Below the pieces are notes generated by a model. That model worked only from the letters and a program-made list of their open reading frames with translations. It did not search any database and was not told the DNA's origin. A program made the translations under genes and the position numbers. Positions 56,896-64,000 of a stretch of DNA of 64,000 nt are shown one piece after another. The first letter of the stretch is position 1. Every line of letters starts with the position of its first letter. The stretch is from Chrysomallon squamiferum. Lineage: Eukaryota; Animalia; Mollusca. The DNA lies in the NCBI GenBank assembly GCA_012295275.1, contig CM022673.1:18662001-18726000 (forward strand), in the 5' to 3' direction.

Positions 56896-58160
56896 ACGAC
56901 CAGAATTATACGAACGCTGATAATTACTCTTTATCGTCATGCTGTTTCATAAATAGCTAGAAAATTTAGATTTTAAAAAGTTTTGACTATGTCTAGTATT
57001 GTAACATCAAGTCTATCAAACATTTTGTCACATATACATTCATACAAACACACACACAAACACACACACCTAACACTCACATACACACATACAAAATATG
57101 CACACATACATAGAATATATTTTTGTATATTTGTTATTTATTATTTCAGATAGCCTCTTTCTTCATGTGTTAAAACGTGCACAGGAACCCATTGGGAAAG
57201 GTAGGTAATTTCATTATAATGATTTCCTGAAGTCACTACAATGTCGACAGGTCTCCATAAAAAAAAATTAAAACATTTTAAAAATCTTAATTGTAACAAA
57301 TACAGAAACTTTAAATTATTGAGCATTCATACTTACAGCTTTTATCAATTTAATAACAAAAAGAATATAGAAAGAAAAAACAAAACAAAACACAACCAAA
57401 TTCGACAATTGACAGATGTTTTAGGGATTTCATTAGCTGTATGAAATTACTGCAAACTGATCTTAACAGTTTGTAGACGTTAAACCTTAATGTATAACTA
57501 GAAATATATTCCTTCAGTTTATAATTATAAATATATTCCTTTAATGTATTATTAGAAATATATTCCACAGAAAACCCATACCATTAAATCACTTAAACCA
57601 AATATCAAAGATGGGAGTTAGTGCACACAAATTAAAATAGAAACCGGAAGGTACAGGGAAAACCCATTGGACGAAAGCTGCTTACCTAAAATATGACACA
57701 TTAACTAGTATATTAATCATATTTCTACTGGTAATTTATATATATAATTTAGAGGTGCATCCCACCATAATTCAAGTCACTACAATCACTCTCCACATCT
57801 ATTTTTGTTTTCTATATATATGATTTATGTGTGTATACTATATATATATATGCATGTGGAGTTTAAGACTGATGTGTGTTTTACCGAATATTCGTACACT
57901 GACGTTCTTAAAATGATAAAACAAATTTGTGATTTTTGTATGTGTGTGTGTGTGAGTATAGTTGACATTGTGTTCTTTTAACTTCAAGATAGCATTATTA
58001 TGCAGTGCCAGCCTACGTGTGTTTTGTGTGGTTGTGTGAATGTAAAAATGTACATTATATCTTCTTATGTTCCATTATAATTAATACTTTTTTTTTGTAA
58101 TTCGTTTTAGATCCCCTGGAATTTGATACCTCCAAAAGATGCTGTTGCTGTGTTTTCTGA
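55784..58160 (+). CDS. Small secreted prepro-peptide (61 aa) ending KR-CCCCVF
   Basis: Exons 55784-55868 (donor gtgagt), 57150-57200 (donor gtaggt) and 58111-58160, with phase-1 introns. Translation MKLGHLLILSLFLLLTTNTFLNVDAFPAHSLFLHVLKRAQEPIGKDPLEFDTSKRCCCCVF*. AATAAA at 58304-58309. Not in the ORF track. Confidence 0.65.
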
Positions 58161-58592
58161 TAACTCGTTCTGGAAGCTAAAGCTTCATTAAAACATCCAG
58201 CAGGATTAACCGAGAAAAAGTTCAAACAAAAATGTCTTTTGTCAAGATAAATTATTTGTATTCAGTGACGAACCTGAATTACTATGTTTTAAAATAGAAG
58301 ATTAATAAAGTCTGAAATATGTGTATGTAATGAGTTTTATGTATTCTAATTTGTTAAATTAACTTAATGTCTAAGGATCTGTGCTACTGATTTAAAGAAC
58401 AAGTGAAGAAGAAACACGTAATGTTGAAAAGTATATTTAATACAACAATATAAAGTTACTGTCATGACACACGCTAAATACAAACAAACAAACATACAAA
58501 TTTTGCGAAGAAAAAAGCATATGTATGTTTTCAAAATTTGTTGGGTGTATGTCTGTTTTTTTATGTATGTAGTTGGATGTGTGCAGGTATAT

Positions 58593-58643
<51 letters not shown>

Positions 58644-58907
58644 TATAGATGGTTCGTTAATAAATAGATTTTGAGAAAGATTTCACACTTACGGAAAGTC
58701 ACTGAACATTGACTAAACATTTTTGAAAAGAAATGAAAACTGAAATTAAAATTATAAATATTTAAGAGGAAACGTAGATGGACTGGTGAGTCTTGCTCTA
58801 TTAAAAAATGATCACCGAATTACAATAATTAAAATAAACGGCAGAAAATTCATCAGTAAAAATGCATGTGATAATTCTGTTATTTTGTAGTAATAATAAT
58901 AATAATA

Positions 58908-58945
<38 letters not shown>

Positions 58946-59386
58946 CACGATAACAATAATCTGTGTTAGGTGTGTCTGTATGTAAAAACAGAATACATTA
59001 AATCATTAAAAGAAAGGGCAAACACAAACAGAAGACGTAATAAATACAAAATTCACAAATTTAAAACAAAGATCTTTTCATCTTTTCTTCTAAGGTGAGT
59101 GGATCAAGTGACTGAGAAAAAGATACACCACAGTTTACGCGAAGTTTGAAGAATAAATCATTTTCCTTATTAATAAAGATATAAATAGCTTATCGTTTGT
59201 CGTTTAACTCCGTCCCCAGTGGTATCCGCACCACAGTAAGGCATAGTTCAATATTTTTATTCATAGTAAGAACTTTCACATATTAATTCAATAAAACAAT
59301 AATTAAATGAAACTGGATGTATATCTTGAATAAGAGGAAGAATAATCATGGTCGGTTTGGAAGGGAAAACCTTTTGTGGAGACTTT

Positions 59387-59452
<66 letters not shown>

Positions 59453-59575
59453 ATAATAATAATAATAATAACTGCATCATCAGTCCCAACAGTAAATATT
59501 CAGATTTTGAAATAAAATCAGAAACGTGTAGGGACAATATGTAGTTATTCGATTTCGCTTCACACACCAGGCATA

Positions 59576-63171
<3,596 letters not shown>

Positions 63172-63466
63172 CTGAAATAACAAATAATGTGTAAGAAAAA
63201 ATGAGTTGATGATTATGATGATGATGATGATAATGGTGATGATGATGGTGATGGCCGACGTCATTGTGTTGAAATGGTCGAATTGGTGGTAATGATGATG
63301 ATAAAGAAGATGGTAATGGTGATGGTATGATGATGATTACGATGATACAGATGATAATGATTACGATGATACAGATGATGATAACGACGATGACGTTGAT
63401 GATTATGAATTTAAAAAAGGAACAAATTTTCAGTCACAGAGTGTCATGCAAGGTCTGTTATGCAGG

Positions 63467-63498
<32 letters not shown>

Positions 63499-63721
63499 CA
63501 ATTAGCAGCATCCTCCTACAGACAGAAAACTTGTGAATACAGAATGCGTTAAGAACGATGTAAATGTATGGTTTCATTAATTCCACATAAAAAACAAATT
63601 AATTCTTTTTACTCTTTTTACAGTCAATATTATGAATACTCCGTGGGGGTTTTTCTTGACGTATGCTGGTGTTGTTATAAGTCATTTCAAAATAGAACCT
63701 TAAAGCTATCGTCTTATTATT

Positions 63722-63755
<34 letters not shown>

Positions 63756-64000
63756 TCAGAGGTTATGTCTATGACGTTCTGCTTGTAGAATTTTTTAATG
63801 AAACATTTGTGATTATTTGTCTCGAGTAAATTATTAGAAAAGTCTTTTGTACTCCCGACTATATTTCATTATTGTTCTGAACATAAACTCTTTATTGACC
63901 CTATACTAAATTAGCAACAAATGTTGTAAATTATTAACAAGAAACAGTGACTCAGTTGTTATTATTATTGTATATATTCTCATTACAGTTGTCGTTGTTG

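Noticed and set aside
58140-58160. CCVF* as a CaaX prenylation signal
   Set aside because: It fits the pattern, but the N-terminal signal peptide would route the product away from cytosolic prenyltransferases; relevant only if a signal-less isoform exists.

Overview
AT-rich, microsatellite-dense, intron-containing animal DNA. A lophotrochozoan/mollusc origin is my inference from gene style and the class B GPCR type. Most ORFs in the supplied track are microsatellite noise, so the real genes were spliced by hand. In order: (1) last three exons of an ACSF2-like acyl-CoA synthetase; (2) a ~9-10 kb tandem segmental duplication carrying two paralogous small secreted prepro-peptide genes per copy (signal / acidic pro-piece / KR / Pro-rich + Gly-rich mature peptide ending in Phe, architecturally like diptericin/attacin antimicrobial peptides), where copy B has a 6x repeat-expanded paralog, one pseudogenised paralog and a dead ACSF2 fragment; (3) a ~14.6 kb secreted protein locus with a [10 protein letters not shown] decapeptide array and six 10-Cys stanniocalcin-like domains joined by Pro/Asn/Ser/Trp linkers, built from recent ~2.1 kb exon-block duplications; (4) a decayed hAT/Buster transposon; (5) a complete PSTPIP-like F-BAR/SH3 gene; (6) a 61-aa prepro-peptide gene missed by the ORF track, ending KR-CCCCVF*; (7) the 3' half of a class B (secretin/calcitonin-type) GPCR on the minus strand. 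All gene models are manual predictions without transcript data.
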